Assembly (NCBI GenBank): GCA_963727455.1
Contig: CAVSGG010000003.1
Span: forward strand, 64,001 to 128,000
Source: Candidatus Krumholzibacteriota bacterium
Lineage (GTDB): Bacteria; Krumholzibacteriota; Krumholzibacteriia; JAJRXK01
DNA length: 64,000 bases
Direction of reading: 5' to 3'
A program made the position numbers and the translations under genes. Below the pieces are notes generated by a model. That model ran no database searches. It saw only the letters and a program-made list of their open reading frames with translations, and was not told the origin of the DNA. Below, in pieces: positions 18,664-28,673 of this stretch; position 1 is the first letter of the stretch, and each line of letters begins with the position of its first letter.

Positions 18664-20607
18664 TTAAGCGCGCGGCCGCGCCAGGGACTTGTTCAGAAGC
18701 ATCCACATCATCACCGCGAGACCACCCAGGGAGAGAAGGTCGAGCCACCACCCTCCGGTGACCCAAGACTGCGGCATCCAGGGCATCGGGACGTGAGAGA
18801 CGATCAAGATGGCAATGAGAATGCTCGCGATCGCCTCTCCGGCCACCAGCCCGCTGCCGAACAAGAGGCCGCGTTGGATCGCTTGCTGTTGCTCCTGGGC
18901 ATCGTCGCCGCGCCGCTTGGTGCGCGCTTCGACATACTTGTAGACCCCGCCACCGATGATGATGGGGAAGGTGACCGTCCAGGGAAGGTACATCCCCACC
19001 GCCAGGGGCATGGCGTGCAAGCGAAACTTCGTATTGCGGGGTTCGAGGAAGATCCGGTCGATGAGAATGGCGGCCACCCCAACCAGGGCGCCGTAGCCGA
19101 CGAGGTTCCAGGGAATCTGCTCGCCCTTGCCGAAGATTCCTCCCACCAGTTTCTCGAACATGACTCCCTGGGGCGCCTTGAGCGCCTCCACTCCGGCGCG
19201 GGCCGGCTCCCCGATTCCGTAGGCCTTCTGTAAGAGCGTCATGGTGGGCGCGATGATGAAGGCGGGAACGATGGTCCCCAAGATCTCGCCGGTCTGCAGC
19301 GCGCGCGGGGTGGCGCCCACGATGTGTCCGATCTTGAGGTCCTGGCAGATGTCGCCGCTGGTGCAAGTGGCGCAACACACCACTCCGGCCACGCCCAGGG
19401 TGGCAAGCATGCCCGCCTTGCCGGTATAGCCCAGGGCCAAGAGCAGGCCCGCGGTGAAGAGCACGGTGCAAATCGTCATGCCCGACACGGGACTGTTGCT
19501 CGAACCCACCAGTCCCACGATGTAGGCCGCGACCGCCACGAAGAAGAAGCCCAGAATGAAGAGCAGCACCGTGGCCAGTGCGGCCGTGCTCAGATGCGTG
19601 GTCATCATCCAGTAAACGAGGAAGCTCAAGATGATGCTCGCGACGAGCAGAGTGAGAAGCGTGCGGCCGGTGATTCCGCGCTCGGTGCGCGGCATCTTCG
19701 AAGTGTCTTCCAGCCCCATGACGCCGTGCATCGCGGTGCGCAGGGCGGTGCCCATGCTCGGCGCGATCTTGATGATGGAGTAAATGCCGGCCACCACCAT
19801 GGCGCCGATGCCGAAGTAACGAATCTGCGCGTCCCACACGTCCATCAACACTTGGGCAGTGCCACCGCTGAAATCCATACCGTTGGCCAAGAACGGCAGT
19901 GCGCCCACGAAGGCCACCGCGCCGCCCAAGAACACCAGGAGAGATACCTCCCAGCCCACGATGAAACCCACCGCGGCCAGCATGGGCGAAATGTCGGTCC
20001 CCAGGTAGAAACCGGTCTTGCCCACCCTGAAACCCACTTCGACGGTGCCCTTGAAGATCCCCACCACCGAGGCCAGGCCCTTGAAGAGCATGCCCCAACC
20101 CAGCGCGGCAAAGATTCCGCGCATCTCGCTGCCACCCTTGTCGCCCGCCTTTAGGACCTCGGCACAGGCCACTCCTTCGGGAAACACGAGTTCGGGTTGT
20201 TCGATGATCATGGGACGGCGCAGCGGAATCATCATTACGACGCCCATGACTCCGCCGGCAATCGCGATGAGAGTGGTTTCCCAGTAGTTGAAGTGCTGCC
20301 AGATACCCAGGAGCACGATCGCGGGCACGGTGAAGATGATCCCCGCCGCCAAACTCTCGCCCGAAGAGGCGATGGTGTGGACCACGTTGTTCTCCAGGAT
20401 GGTACCGCGGCGCAGCAGTCCACGAAGCACTCCCATGGAGATGACAGAGGCGGGAATCGCGGCGCTCACGGTCATGCCGGCGTACAGTCCGACGTAGATG
20501 TTGGCGGCGCACATGATGATGCTGAGAATCAGGCCCAGGCCCAGAGCGACCGCGGTCAGCTCCGGCAGGCTCTTCTCGGCCGGAATGTAGGGGCGAATCT
20601 CACTCAA
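18664..20607 (-). CDS. Oligopeptide transporter, OPT family
   Basis: YVGLYAGMTVSAAIPASVIS, ILENN, FPEGVACAEVL, SNSPVSG and QDLKIGHIVGATP. Start is uncertain (20607 or 20667). Confidence 0.93.
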   Translation of the reverse strand: MSEIRPYIPAEKSLPELTAVALGLGLILSIIMCAANIYVGLYAGMTVSAAIPASVISMGVLRGLLRRGTILENNVVHTIASSGESLAAGIIFTVPAIVLLGIWQHFNYWETTLIAIAGGVMGVVMMIPLRRPMIIEQPELVFPEGVACAEVLKAGDKGGSEMRGIFAALGWGMLFKGLASVVGIFKGTVEVGFRVGKTGFYLGTDISPMLAAVGFIVGWEVSLLVFLGGAVAFVGALPFLANGMDFSGGTAQVLMDVWDAQIRYFGIGAMVVAGIYSIIKIAPSMGTALRTAMHGVMGLEDTSKMPRTERGITGRTLLTLLVASIILSFLVYWMMTTHLSTAALATVLLFILGFFFVAVAAYIVGLVGSSNSPVSGMTICTVLFTAGLLLALGYTGKAGMLATLGVAGVVCCATCTSGDICQDLKIGHIVGATPRALQTGEILGTIVPAFIIAPTMTLLQKAYGIGEPARAGVEALKAPQGVMFEKLVGGIFGKGEQIPWNLVGYGALVGVAAILIDRIFLEPRNTKFRLHAMPLAVGMYLPWTVTFPIIIGGGVYKYVEARTKRRGDDAQEQQQAIQRGLLFGSGLVAGEAIASILIAILIVSHVPMPWMPQSWVTGGWWLDLLSLGGLAVMMWMLLNKSLARPRA

Positions 20608-20742
20608 GATGAAACTCCGGATCAGAGGGAATCGGGCAGAGCACTGCGAGTGTGCTGCTTCACCCAAGGACGCGGCAATACAAAATCCGGATTCATTGGC
20701 TCGAAGAAAAGGACTATTCGCCCCGAATTGAAGCGAAGTTGC

Positions 20743-21057
20743 TTAAACCATCGGCTCGTGATGCATGAAGTAGCGCGCCACCATCACCACGAACACGCCA
20801 ACTACCCACAACACCATGGCAAGATAGCCCAAGAGGCGAGCCCAGCGGATTTGATCCTCACCCCGATAGCGGCCAGGGGCCGCCTCTAACGCGCGTTGCG
20901 CGCGCGCGGCCAGGATGAAGCCGAGAATCGTTCCTACCACCGGCATGACCGAGAAGCCCAGCGCGGAGAAGACGAGAGCCCGGATGGCGAGACGATGGAT
21001 GGGAGGGGGCGGCTCTGGAGGCGTTCTTTGCGGGATCTCGCCGGGACTTTCGGCCAT
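20743..21057 (-). CDS. DUF4190-like small membrane protein
   Basis: Pro-rich N-terminus, LAIRALVFSALG...ILGFILA..A and a Y.G motif before the second TM helix. Confidence 0.7.
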   Translation of the reverse strand: MAESPGEIPQRTPPEPPPPIHRLAIRALVFSALGFSVMPVVGTILGFILAARAQRALEAAPGRYRGEDQIRWARLLGYLAMVLWVVGVFVVMVARYFMHHEPMV

Positions 21058-21061
21058 CGTT

Positions 21062-21718
21062 TCACTCCTTCAATTCTTCCAATGCGGGCCGCCCCGGCTT
21101 CAGGGAAAAACGCTCACGGGTGCGGCAGTAGTCGTAGTGACCCATGCGTCCGATGAAGTCCAGTCTCTCCTTGTCCAGATAGAGATTCTCGTCCGCGAGG
21201 CCATCCTCCAGGTGGATACATACCACTTTCCCCAGCACGACGTTCCCACCGGCGGGAGCGCCCGGATTCATGTGGATCACTTGCAGGGTCTCGCATTCGA
21301 AGGCCAGTGGAGAAGCGGCCACCCGGGGCGGAGTGACCACCGTGCTCGCCTTCTGCTTCAGTCCGGAGAACTCGAATTCGCTCTCCCCGTAGGGAAGAGG
21401 CTCGGCGCATCCCACGACGCGGTGAATGATGGAATCGACCGCGACGTTCACCACGAACTCGCCGCTGCCGCCTTCACTCTTCGGCTTGCAGTTGCGCAGA
21501 GTGTCCTTCTCCGCGCCGCGAGCGTCGTTGGCGGGACAGAAGAGCAGGCTCATCGGATCGCTTCCCACGCCGTTGAAGAAGGAGAAGGGAGCCAGATTGA
21601 GACTCCCATCCGGAGAGATGGTCGAAACGAGGGCGATGGGACGCGGCGCGATGCCTTGGATCAAGAGCTTGTAGCGCTGACGAGTCTCCAGCTCCCCGGG
21701 GAACAGGGCTCTACTCAT
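21062..21718 (-). CDS. Flavin reductase family protein (RutF/DIM6/NTAB-like)
   Basis: PRPIALVST, NLAPFSFFN, KDTLRN, GEFVVN and IGRMG. Confidence 0.92.
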   Translation of the reverse strand: MSRALFPGELETRQRYKLLIQGIAPRPIALVSTISPDGSLNLAPFSFFNGVGSDPMSLLFCPANDARGAEKDTLRNCKPKSEGGSGEFVVNVAVDSIIHRVVGCAEPLPYGESEFEFSGLKQKASTVVTPPRVAASPLAFECETLQVIHMNPGAPAGGNVVLGKVVCIHLEDGLADENLYLDKERLDFIGRMGHYDYCRTRERFSLKPGRPALEELKE

Positions 21719-21774
21719 ATTTTGACTCCAGGTCTGAAGCGGAGGCCCTGTAGTATCGAGACCCAGAGCCCTCA

Positions 21775-22515
21775 GTGTCTAGCTTGAAGCTAAGCCGCAA
21801 GCGAAAGAAGGCTACTTTGAAGAGAATCCGCGACCGCCTGATCATCTTCGACATCGACGGAACTCTGCTGCTGAGCGGAACGGTAGCTCGGGAGTTGTTT
21901 GAGCGGGCCTTCGAAGAGGTCTTTGCAATGCCGCCGCTTCTGAACGATCTCTCGTTCGCGGGACGTTGCGATCGCGGCGTGGTGTCTCTCCTCTTGCAGC
22001 GCGCGCAGGCGAGCGAACGGCTCGCCAGCGAGTTTCCGCGTTTCGCGGCGCGCTACGCCGTGCTCATGCGCGAACAGTACCCCACCGCGAGAGGGCCCCG
22101 CCTGATGCCCGGCGCGAAGGAACTCTTGTTCGCGCTGCAAGAGAAGCCCGAGGTAGTGCTGATGATCGGCAGCGGCAATCTGCCACAGACCGCGCAAGTC
22201 AAGTTAGAGCGCTTCGGACTGGACACCTTCTTCGTGCACGGCGTGTACGGAGATCTTCACGAAGAGAGGGCTCCACTCTTCGCGTCCGCCCTGGAGCTGG
22301 CGCGCGAGGAACTCGGCTGGAGCGGGGCGCGTGAGCGCTCATGGATCGTCGGTGACACCGTCAGCGACATCGAGGCGGCCCGCGAAGTCGGCGTGAAGTG
22401 CCTCGCGGTCGCAACTGGCCCCACTCCGGCGGATCTCTTGCTAGAGGCACGGCCCGATTCTCTTTTCCCCGATCTCTCCGCCCTAGAAGACGTCCTCGCT
22501 GTCCTCTTGGCCTGA
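21775..22515 (+). CDS. HAD-superfamily hydrolase
   Basis: FDIDGTLL, GSGN and IVGDTVSDI. The true start is possibly TTG at 21817. Confidence 0.9.
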   Translation: MSSLKLSRKRKKATLKRIRDRLIIFDIDGTLLLSGTVARELFERAFEEVFAMPPLLNDLSFAGRCDRGVVSLLLQRAQASERLASEFPRFAARYAVLMREQYPTARGPRLMPGAKELLFALQEKPEVVLMIGSGNLPQTAQVKLERFGLDTFFVHGVYGDLHEERAPLFASALELAREELGWSGARERSWIVGDTVSDIEAAREVGVKCLAVATGPTPADLLLEARPDSLFPDLSALEDVLAVLLA

Positions 22516-23859
22516 TTCCTCCACCAGGGAGCGATTCTCAGGCGCCGGCTGCTCGGCCGCTTCGGCCAGGCGAGCCGCGTCGCCGTTGCGCAGGTGGATG
22601 TCGCGCTGAGGAAATGGAATCTCGATGCCGGCCTCTTTGAGCTTGTACCAGATGCTGAAGAGCAGCTCACTGCGCACTCTGGGTTCCAGCATCTCGTCGT
22701 TCAACCAGGCGCGCAGTTCGAAGTCGATCGAAGAATCGCCGAAGTTGCGAAAGAGGACACGCGGCTTGGGCTGGGGCAAGAGCTCCGGGTTCTCCTTGGC
22801 CGCGTCCACGAGAACCTTCTCCACTTCCCTCGGATCGGATCCGTAACTCACGCCAACGCGAATGTCGATGCGGACCTTCGAATCGCTCAGGCTGTAGTTG
22901 GTCACCGGGTTGGCGACCAGGAGCTTGTTGGGCACCACGATCTCGTGTCCGCTGCGGTTGCGCACGACCGAGCTGCGCAGTCCGATGCGCAGTACCTTGG
23001 CCACGCCACCCTCCATCGAGACGATGTCACCGCGCTTGATCGTGCGCTCGAAAAGCAGAATGAGGCCGCTGGCGAAGTTCTGCACCAAATCCTGCAGCCC
23101 GAAGCCGATGCCCACGCCCAAAGCGCCCAAGCCAATCTGCAGAGTGCCCAGGTCGAAACCGATGGTATCCAGGGCCACCATCACTCCGACCACGATGAGC
23201 ACGTAACGCAGCACGGTCCCCAGCGCTTCGCTCAACGGGCGGTCCATCCCCATTCTCGGGAGCACTCGTCCGCCCAGGAGGTCCCCCAGAAAGCGAGCCC
23301 CAGCGAAGAAGAGGAGCAAAAGAGCGATCCCCAGAAGCACGGAGAGGCTGGAGATGTCGCGCTCGGCGAGGTGAAACAGAGGCCGGTTGAGCCAGGCGAG
23401 CAAGCTTCCCAGGGCTCCGATTTGCTGCAATCCGGCCAGCACGAAGAGCACCGGCAAAACCACGAAGCGGATGCGGGCCTTGCGACGCGGATCGGATACC
23501 AGAACGCGCGAGAGCGCGCTGATGATCCGGAACACGAGGAAGAACCCCAAAACCGGCAGAACCCGGCTTTCCTCGACCGCCACCTGGGGCGCGTACGCGC
23601 GGATGAGCCAATCCATCAGGGAGAGAACCGCGACGGCCACCAGGGGCCAGATCGCCACGTGCACCACGACCATCGAGAGCATTCTCAAACTGCGCTGGCC
23701 GGGGGGCTCGCCCTGGATGCGCCGGCGAAGAGGGCGACAGAAAAGGCGCGCCAGGGGATAGGTGAGAAGAGTGAGCGCCAAGAGAATGGCCAGATCCCGC
23801 ACCCAACTCGGTTGCGAAAGATCGGTCAACACCTGCATGCTCAAGAGGGAATGTTCCAT
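22483..23859 (-). CDS. Mechanosensitive channel, MscS/MscK family
   Basis: Multiple TM helices, GALGVGIGFGLQ, NFASGLILLFER, FGDSS and IEIPFPQR. Confidence 0.93.
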   Translation of the reverse strand: MEHSLLSMQVLTDLSQPSWVRDLAILLALTLLTYPLARLFCRPLRRRIQGEPPGQRSLRMLSMVVVHVAIWPLVAVAVLSLMDWLIRAYAPQVAVEESRVLPVLGFFLVFRIISALSRVLVSDPRRKARIRFVVLPVLFVLAGLQQIGALGSLLAWLNRPLFHLAERDISSLSVLLGIALLLLFFAGARFLGDLLGGRVLPRMGMDRPLSEALGTVLRYVLIVVGVMVALDTIGFDLGTLQIGLGALGVGIGFGLQDLVQNFASGLILLFERTIKRGDIVSMEGGVAKVLRIGLRSSVVRNRSGHEIVVPNKLLVANPVTNYSLSDSKVRIDIRVGVSYGSDPREVEKVLVDAAKENPELLPQPKPRVLFRNFGDSSIDFELRAWLNDEMLEPRVRSELLFSIWYKLKEAGIEIPFPQRDIHLRNGDAARLAEAAEQPAPENRSLVEESGQEDSEDVF

Positions 23860-23865
23860 GGAACC

Positions 23866-24675
23866 TCAGTGGAAAAAGCGGGCTTTCAAGACGCCGAAGC
23901 TGGGGGCTTCGCTGGGCACCATCGTGTCGATCTGCACTTCGAGCACGAGATCGAAGAGAAGGATGTTGTCCTGGATGGAAGGGCAGGCTTGGGGGTCGGA
24001 AATGCCGTACAAGTACAGCATGCCACTCGTGCCGTCCAGCAGAAAGCTGCAGGCGTTGGTGCCGTCGTAGCAGTTGGCCGAACTGTCTCCGGCCGGAATG
24101 ATGGACGCGTCCATGGTGGCGTTGGGATCGGACAGCAGCACCAGGAGTTCGTTGCCGGTATGAATGTTGTAGGAGGTGAGATCGACCTGGTAGTTCTCTC
24201 CGGAGAATCCGGGGTTGCTGAGGATGGGCACGTCGACCCCGGTCACGAAGCCGAAGTTGCTCTGGTCGATCGCGCTGTAGAAGTCGACCGCGATGGTGCC
24301 GGGGTAGGAGGCGCCCAAGTCGATGACGGCAAAACTGACCCCCTTCAGATCGAGGGAGTCCGTGTCGGCCTGCGGCGGGTAGATGGTCCCGGCGGCTTCC
24401 GTGGGGTACAGCCCCAGCGTATGATCGATGCTGGGCACCCCATCGCTCCCGCAGTTCAGAACGCGCGGCTGAAGGGAAATCGCGGGGAAGGCTGCGCTCG
24501 GCGCGGCCGCCTCTCCCGAGGGACGAGAGCGGGCCGCGATCTGCCGGGAGAGTTGCGAGGGCACGACGGTCGCCGGGGTCGACCGCAGTCGCACGCCGGT
24601 CGCCTCGCGCGCCCAGGCCTCCCTTGCGGCGAGAAGACTCAGAAAAACGACCAACACCAAAGGTAGCTTGCGCAT
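23866..24675 (-). CDS. Secreted hypothetical protein with C-terminal 'SFGVLKARF' motif
   Basis: Signal peptide, Cys-containing mature region, and a C-terminus ending VPSEAPSFGVLKARFFH. Confidence 0.75.
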   Translation of the reverse strand: MRKLPLVLVVFLSLLAAREAWAREATGVRLRSTPATVVPSQLSRQIAARSRPSGEAAAPSAAFPAISLQPRVLNCGSDGVPSIDHTLGLYPTEAAGTIYPPQADTDSLDLKGVSFAVIDLGASYPGTIAVDFYSAIDQSNFGFVTGVDVPILSNPGFSGENYQVDLTSYNIHTGNELLVLLSDPNATMDASIIPAGDSSANCYDGTNACSFLLDGTSGMLYLYGISDPQACPSIQDNILLFDLVLEVQIDTMVPSEAPSFGVLKARFFH

Positions 24676-24867
24676 GCTCGGGCTCCTGGGGAATGTGGTG
24701 CCATCTCGTAGCCATCGCGTCGGAATACGATGACTTCAGTGTAGTGACCTCTCTCGCGTCAGGGCAAGGACGCAGCACAAGCACCGAGATTGATGCAGCC
24801 GGAGCGACGTGCTAGCCTCTCTGCCTAACTTGGCATTCCTTCTCCTACCCACGGACTCGATCGATTC

Positions 24868-25623
24868 ATGAGCCGCATTCGAATTTGCCTTCTGCTGCTT
24901 TGCGCAATGCTGAGTCTTGCCCCGGCGCAAGAAGCGCGCGCCACGGTGGGTTGGGAGCATTTTGCCGCACCCGCGGTGGTCGCCGGCGCCCGGCTTCTCT
25001 CTCCGAATCTGAAGGTGTTGCTCGAATACGAGTACGGTCATCTCGCTCTGAGCGATCTGGCCAACTTTTCGAGCTACCGCATCACCGGCACGGGTACGCT
25101 CGACACCTATCGCGACTATCGCTATGCACTGCGCAGCGAGAACACGAATGGTTTCCGGCTCGGCATTCGCCTGCGCGAGCAACTCGATCTCTACTGGACG
25201 CGCATGGCTGCCGACAGCCGTTACCAGGTGTGGGTGGACGGCGAGGAGCAGGTTTCCGATCCCGCGGGAGTTCCGCGCGTGGACCTACCGAAGGTACATG
25301 TGCGCCAGGACATTCTCAGCGCGGGTTGGCACTTCCGTTCCTTGCAGTGGCAGCGAATCTCGCCCACCGTGCACGCTGGTGTGGGATGGACGCTCACGAG
25401 TCAGGACGAGGGCTTTCAGGCGACCTACCGGCCGGCCGTCGACAACAGCGACAGCCGCTTGACCCTGGAATTGGGAGGCGGACTCGATTGGAATTGGCGC
25501 AAGATCGAAATCGGAATCGATGTGCGGACCTCTACCTTCCGCTGGGAATCCAAGGATAACCAGGTGTCCGCTTCACAGATCTGGACGTGGATGGGAAGCC
25601 TCCACGGCGGCATTTTGTTCTAG
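24868..25623 (+). CDS. Outer-membrane beta-barrel protein
   Basis: Signal peptide, alternating amphipathic strands and C-terminal Phe. Confidence 0.7.
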   Translation: MSRIRICLLLLCAMLSLAPAQEARATVGWEHFAAPAVVAGARLLSPNLKVLLEYEYGHLALSDLANFSSYRITGTGTLDTYRDYRYALRSENTNGFRLGIRLREQLDLYWTRMAADSRYQVWVDGEEQVSDPAGVPRVDLPKVHVRQDILSAGWHFRSLQWQRISPTVHAGVGWTLTSQDEGFQATYRPAVDNSDSRLTLELGGGLDWNWRKIEIGIDVRTSTFRWESKDNQVSASQIWTWMGSLHGGILF

Positions 25624-25652
25624 CGGTTCACTGTCGGCGCGGTCGCGCCTTA

Positions 25653-25874
25653 TCAATAATCGTCGTCGTCGTCGACGAAATCGCCGTCGAGAACCTCGTC
25701 ATCCAGATCCTCGTCATCGAGGTCCTCGTCATCGAGATCATCATCATCCAGGAGGTCCTCATCGTCGAGCTCGTCGTCGTCGAGTTCGTCCTCGAATCCC
25801 TCGTTGTCGAAATCATCATCGAAGTCGTCCGCGATGGCGAGATAACGCCGGGCCGATTTCATTTCCACGCTCAT
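25653..25874 (-). CDS. Small, highly acidic low-complexity protein
   Basis: ATG with GGAGAGG RBS. 41 of 73 residues are D/E, arranged in LDDED-like repeats. Confidence 0.6.
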   Translation of the reverse strand: MSVEMKSARRYLAIADDFDDDFDNEGFEDELDDDELDDEDLLDDDDLDDEDLDDEDLDDEVLDGDFVDDDDDY

Positions 25875-25979
25875 CGTACCTCTCCGTAGATCTGAACGTT
25901 GAACGATCTGAGTTGGGATCCAACCAGAGACACTTCCGCTAGATAGTCTTTCCGCCCAGGGCGCCGCAAGAGAAAAATC

Positions 25980-26534
25980 TCAGCCCTTGAGGACCCCCAC
26001 AAAGGGGAGGTGGCGGTACTTTTCCTGCCAGTCCAGGCCGTAGCCGATCACGAACTCGCTGGGGATGTCGAAGCCGACCCAGTCGACCGGAACCTCGATG
26101 ACCCTGGCCTTCACCTTGTTGAGGAGGGCCACCACCTTGAGCGAGTTCGGGCGCCGAGCCCTCAGAATCTGCAGAAGATAGGCCAGGGTGTGGCCCGTAT
26201 CGACGATGTCCTCCACCAGGATCACATCCCGGCTGGTGATGTCCTCCTTGAGGTCCTTTACGATTCGCACCACGCCGCTGGACTCGGCCTGGCCGTGGTA
26301 GGAGCTTACGCTCAAGAAGTCGATCTCGTGCAGCAAGGACAGCCGGCGCTGCAGATCGGCGTGGAACATCACCCCGCCCTTGAGAATGCTCACCACGATG
26401 GGGACGCGGCCTTCGTACTCGGCCGAGATCTCCCGGCCCAATTCCGTGACCCGCCGTTGGATGTCCTCGCTCGAGATGAGGACACGGTCGATCAAGGGAT
26501 CACGATCCACGTATTCCTGGTCGTCGAACGTCAC
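25980..26534 (-). CDS. hpt: Hypoxanthine phosphoribosyltransferase
   Basis: ILKGG, VSSY, PRPP motif ILVEDIVDTGHTL and FVIGYGLD. Confidence 0.96.
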   Translation of the reverse strand: MTFDDQEYVDRDPLIDRVLISSEDIQRRVTELGREISAEYEGRVPIVVSILKGGVMFHADLQRRLSLLHEIDFLSVSSYHGQAESSGVVRIVKDLKEDITSRDVILVEDIVDTGHTLAYLLQILRARRPNSLKVVALLNKVKARVIEVPVDWVGFDIPSEFVIGYGLDWQEKYRHLPFVGVLKG

Positions 26535-27217
26535 TCGTTTGCTCCTTGGTAACCCGCTTCGGCCCGACCTCGTTGGATGAGGATGTCTTGAACCTTGGCG
26601 CAGATCATGTCGATCGCCACCGTATTGTGGCCTCCCTCGGGAATGATGAGCTGAGCGTAGCGCTTGCTCGGCTCCACGAACTGTAGATGCATAGGCTTCA
26701 CCGTCTCGCGGTACTGGCGAATCACCGAATCCATGCTGCGCCCGCGTTCGGAAATGTCGCGTTCGAGGCGCCGAATGAAACGTTCGTCATCTTCCACGTC
26801 GACGTACAGGCGGATGTCCATCTGTCCGCGCAGCTCGGGGCTTTCCAGGACGAGGATGCCTTCCACGAAGAGAATGTCAGCGGGCGTCACCGGCTCCACC
26901 TGGTCGCTGCGACGCTGGGTGGTGAAGTCATAGACAGGAACAGCGACTTTCTTGCCCGCGCGCAGCGCGGCCAGGTGCTGCACCAGAAGGGAAGTCTCGA
27001 ACGCTCCCGGATGGTCGTAGTTGATGCGGTGGCGCTCCGATGCGCTCAGATCGGGCCGGTCGAGATAGTAGGAATCATGGTGGATGATCTCCACCGTCTT
27101 GCGCGGAAAGCGCTCTCGCACTTTGAGAGCGACCGTGGTCTTGCCACTGCCGCTCCCCCCACCGATTCCGATGATGACGGGGGGATGCTGGATGTCCGAG
27201 GTGGTCATGGTTGTCAC
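26531..27217 (-). CDS. udk: Uridine kinase
   Basis: GIGGGSGSGKTT, NYDHP, VEGILV, RRLERDISERGR and KPMHLQFVEPSKRYA. Confidence 0.96.
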   Translation of the reverse strand: MTTMTTSDIQHPPVIIGIGGGSGSGKTTVALKVRERFPRKTVEIIHHDSYYLDRPDLSASERHRINYDHPGAFETSLLVQHLAALRAGKKVAVPVYDFTTQRRSDQVEPVTPADILFVEGILVLESPELRGQMDIRLYVDVEDDERFIRRLERDISERGRSMDSVIRQYRETVKPMHLQFVEPSKRYAQLIIPEGGHNTVAIDMICAKVQDILIQRGRAEAGYQGANE

Positions 27218-27443
27218 TCTTCGTGATCGCCGCAGCAGTGGATCCTTGCAGAGCAGCTGGTTTGCCCGAGACGAGCTTCCACGACTTCGGACACGAGTAG
27301 CCTAGCGGCGCAAGCTGGGGGCGTCAACGGGACGCGTCGTGTGCTGCCGAGCCCTCGTGCCGTGGCGAGACGCGCCGTGTTCGAGGCCAGGATGGTCCAG
27401 GACCGGCTTGACACTGCGAATTTCGTTGCGGATGATCAAACCC

Positions 27444-28673
27444 ATGACACATCTCGTGGGGCTCTTGGGCCTCGTCGTTCTCATGGGGCTCGCCTGGCTC
27501 TTCTCCACCAACCGCCGGGCTGTTGATTGGCGGCTGGTCGGCTCCGGCCTCCTCTTGCAGCTTGCCTTTGCCGCGATCGTCCTACTCCTCCCTCCCGGCC
27601 GGGCCTTCTTCGACTTGATTCGCCAGGTCGTCACCCGTTTTCTGGCCTTCACCTACGAGGGCAGCGAATTTGTCTTCGGCGATCTGGCCCGGCCCAATGG
27701 AAGCGTGGGGATGGTCTTCGCCTTTTACGTGCTGCCCTCGATCATCTTCTTCAGTGCCACCATGTCGGTGCTCTACCATCTGGGCATCATGCAGCGGGTG
27801 GTTTCGGTCATGGCGCGCTTCATGACCCGCGTCATGGGGGTGAGCGGCAGCGAGAGCCTCTCGGTGGCGGCCAACGTCTTCATCGGCCAGACCGAAGCCC
27901 CCCTGGTGGTGCGGCCCTACATCGCGCAGATGACCCAGGCGGAATTGATGGTGCTGATGACCGGGGGCTTCGCCACCATCGCCGGCAGCGTCCTGGCCGG
28001 GTACATCTCCTTCGGAATCGACGCGGGCCATCTCCTGGCGGCCAGCGTGATGAGCGCGCCCGCCGCCCTCGTCATCGCGCGCATCATGGTCCCCGAGACC
28101 GAGGAGAGCCTCACCCGGGGCAAGGTTCAGCTCCATCTGCCCAAGACCACCGCGAATTTGGTGGAAGCGGCGGCCGAGGGCTGCTCGCAGGGGATGAAGC
28201 TGGCCCTGAACGTGGCCGCCATGCTCATCGGGTTCATCGCGCTCATCGCGGTCTTCGACGCCATCTTGGGCAAGGGGGCCTCTCTTATCGGACTCAGCTG
28301 GTGGCCGTCCAGCCTGCACGAGCTCTTTGGCTACCTGCTGTGGCCCATCGCGTGGGTGATGGGGGTTCCGGCCCACGACTGCTTCAAGTTCGCCGGACTC
28401 TTGGGCACCAAGATCTCCATCAACGAATTCGTGGCCTACGCCGACCTGGCCAAATACGAGCACACCGCAGCCCTCAGCCCGCGCGCTTCGGTCATCGCCA
28501 CCTACGCACTGTGCGGCTTCGCCAACTTCGGCAGCATCGGCATCCAGCTGGGGGGCATCGGACCTTTGGCCCCCGAACGTCGCGGGGACCTGGCCCGTCT
28601 GGGCCTACGGGCCATGATCGGCGGCGCGCTCGCCTCCTGGATGACCGCCACCATCGCCGGCCTCATGATCTGA
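27444..28673 (+). CDS. nupC: Concentrative nucleoside transporter (NupC/CNT family)
   Basis: FAFYVLPSIIFF, ANVFIGQTEAPL, GGFATIAGSV, NEFVAY and YALCGFANF. The ATG lies 7 nt after a TTGACA-N17-GATGAT element, so the mRNA may be leaderless. Confidence 0.94.
   Translation: MTHLVGLLGLVVLMGLAWLFSTNRRAVDWRLVGSGLLLQLAFAAIVLLLPPGRAFFDLIRQVVTRFLAFTYEGSEFVFGDLARPNGSVGMVFAFYVLPSIIFFSATMSVLYHLGIMQRVVSVMARFMTRVMGVSGSESLSVAANVFIGQTEAPLVVRPYIAQMTQAELMVLMTGGFATIAGSVLAGYISFGIDAGHLLAASVMSAPAALVIARIMVPETEESLTRGKVQLHLPKTTANLVEAAAEGCSQGMKLALNVAAMLIGFIALIAVFDAILGKGASLIGLSWWPSSLHELFGYLLWPIAWVMGVPAHDCFKFAGLLGTKISINEFVAYADLAKYEHTAALSPRASVIATYALCGFANFGSIGIQLGGIGPLAPERRGDLARLGLRAMIGGALASWMTATIAGLMI

Noticed and set aside
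22594-24666. 690-aa plus-strand ORF
   Set aside because: It is antisense to mscS and the secreted-protein gene.
25587-25889. Plus-strand Ile/Val/Glu-rich 100-aa ORF
   Set aside because: It is the antisense mirror of the acidic mini-protein, which has the RBS.
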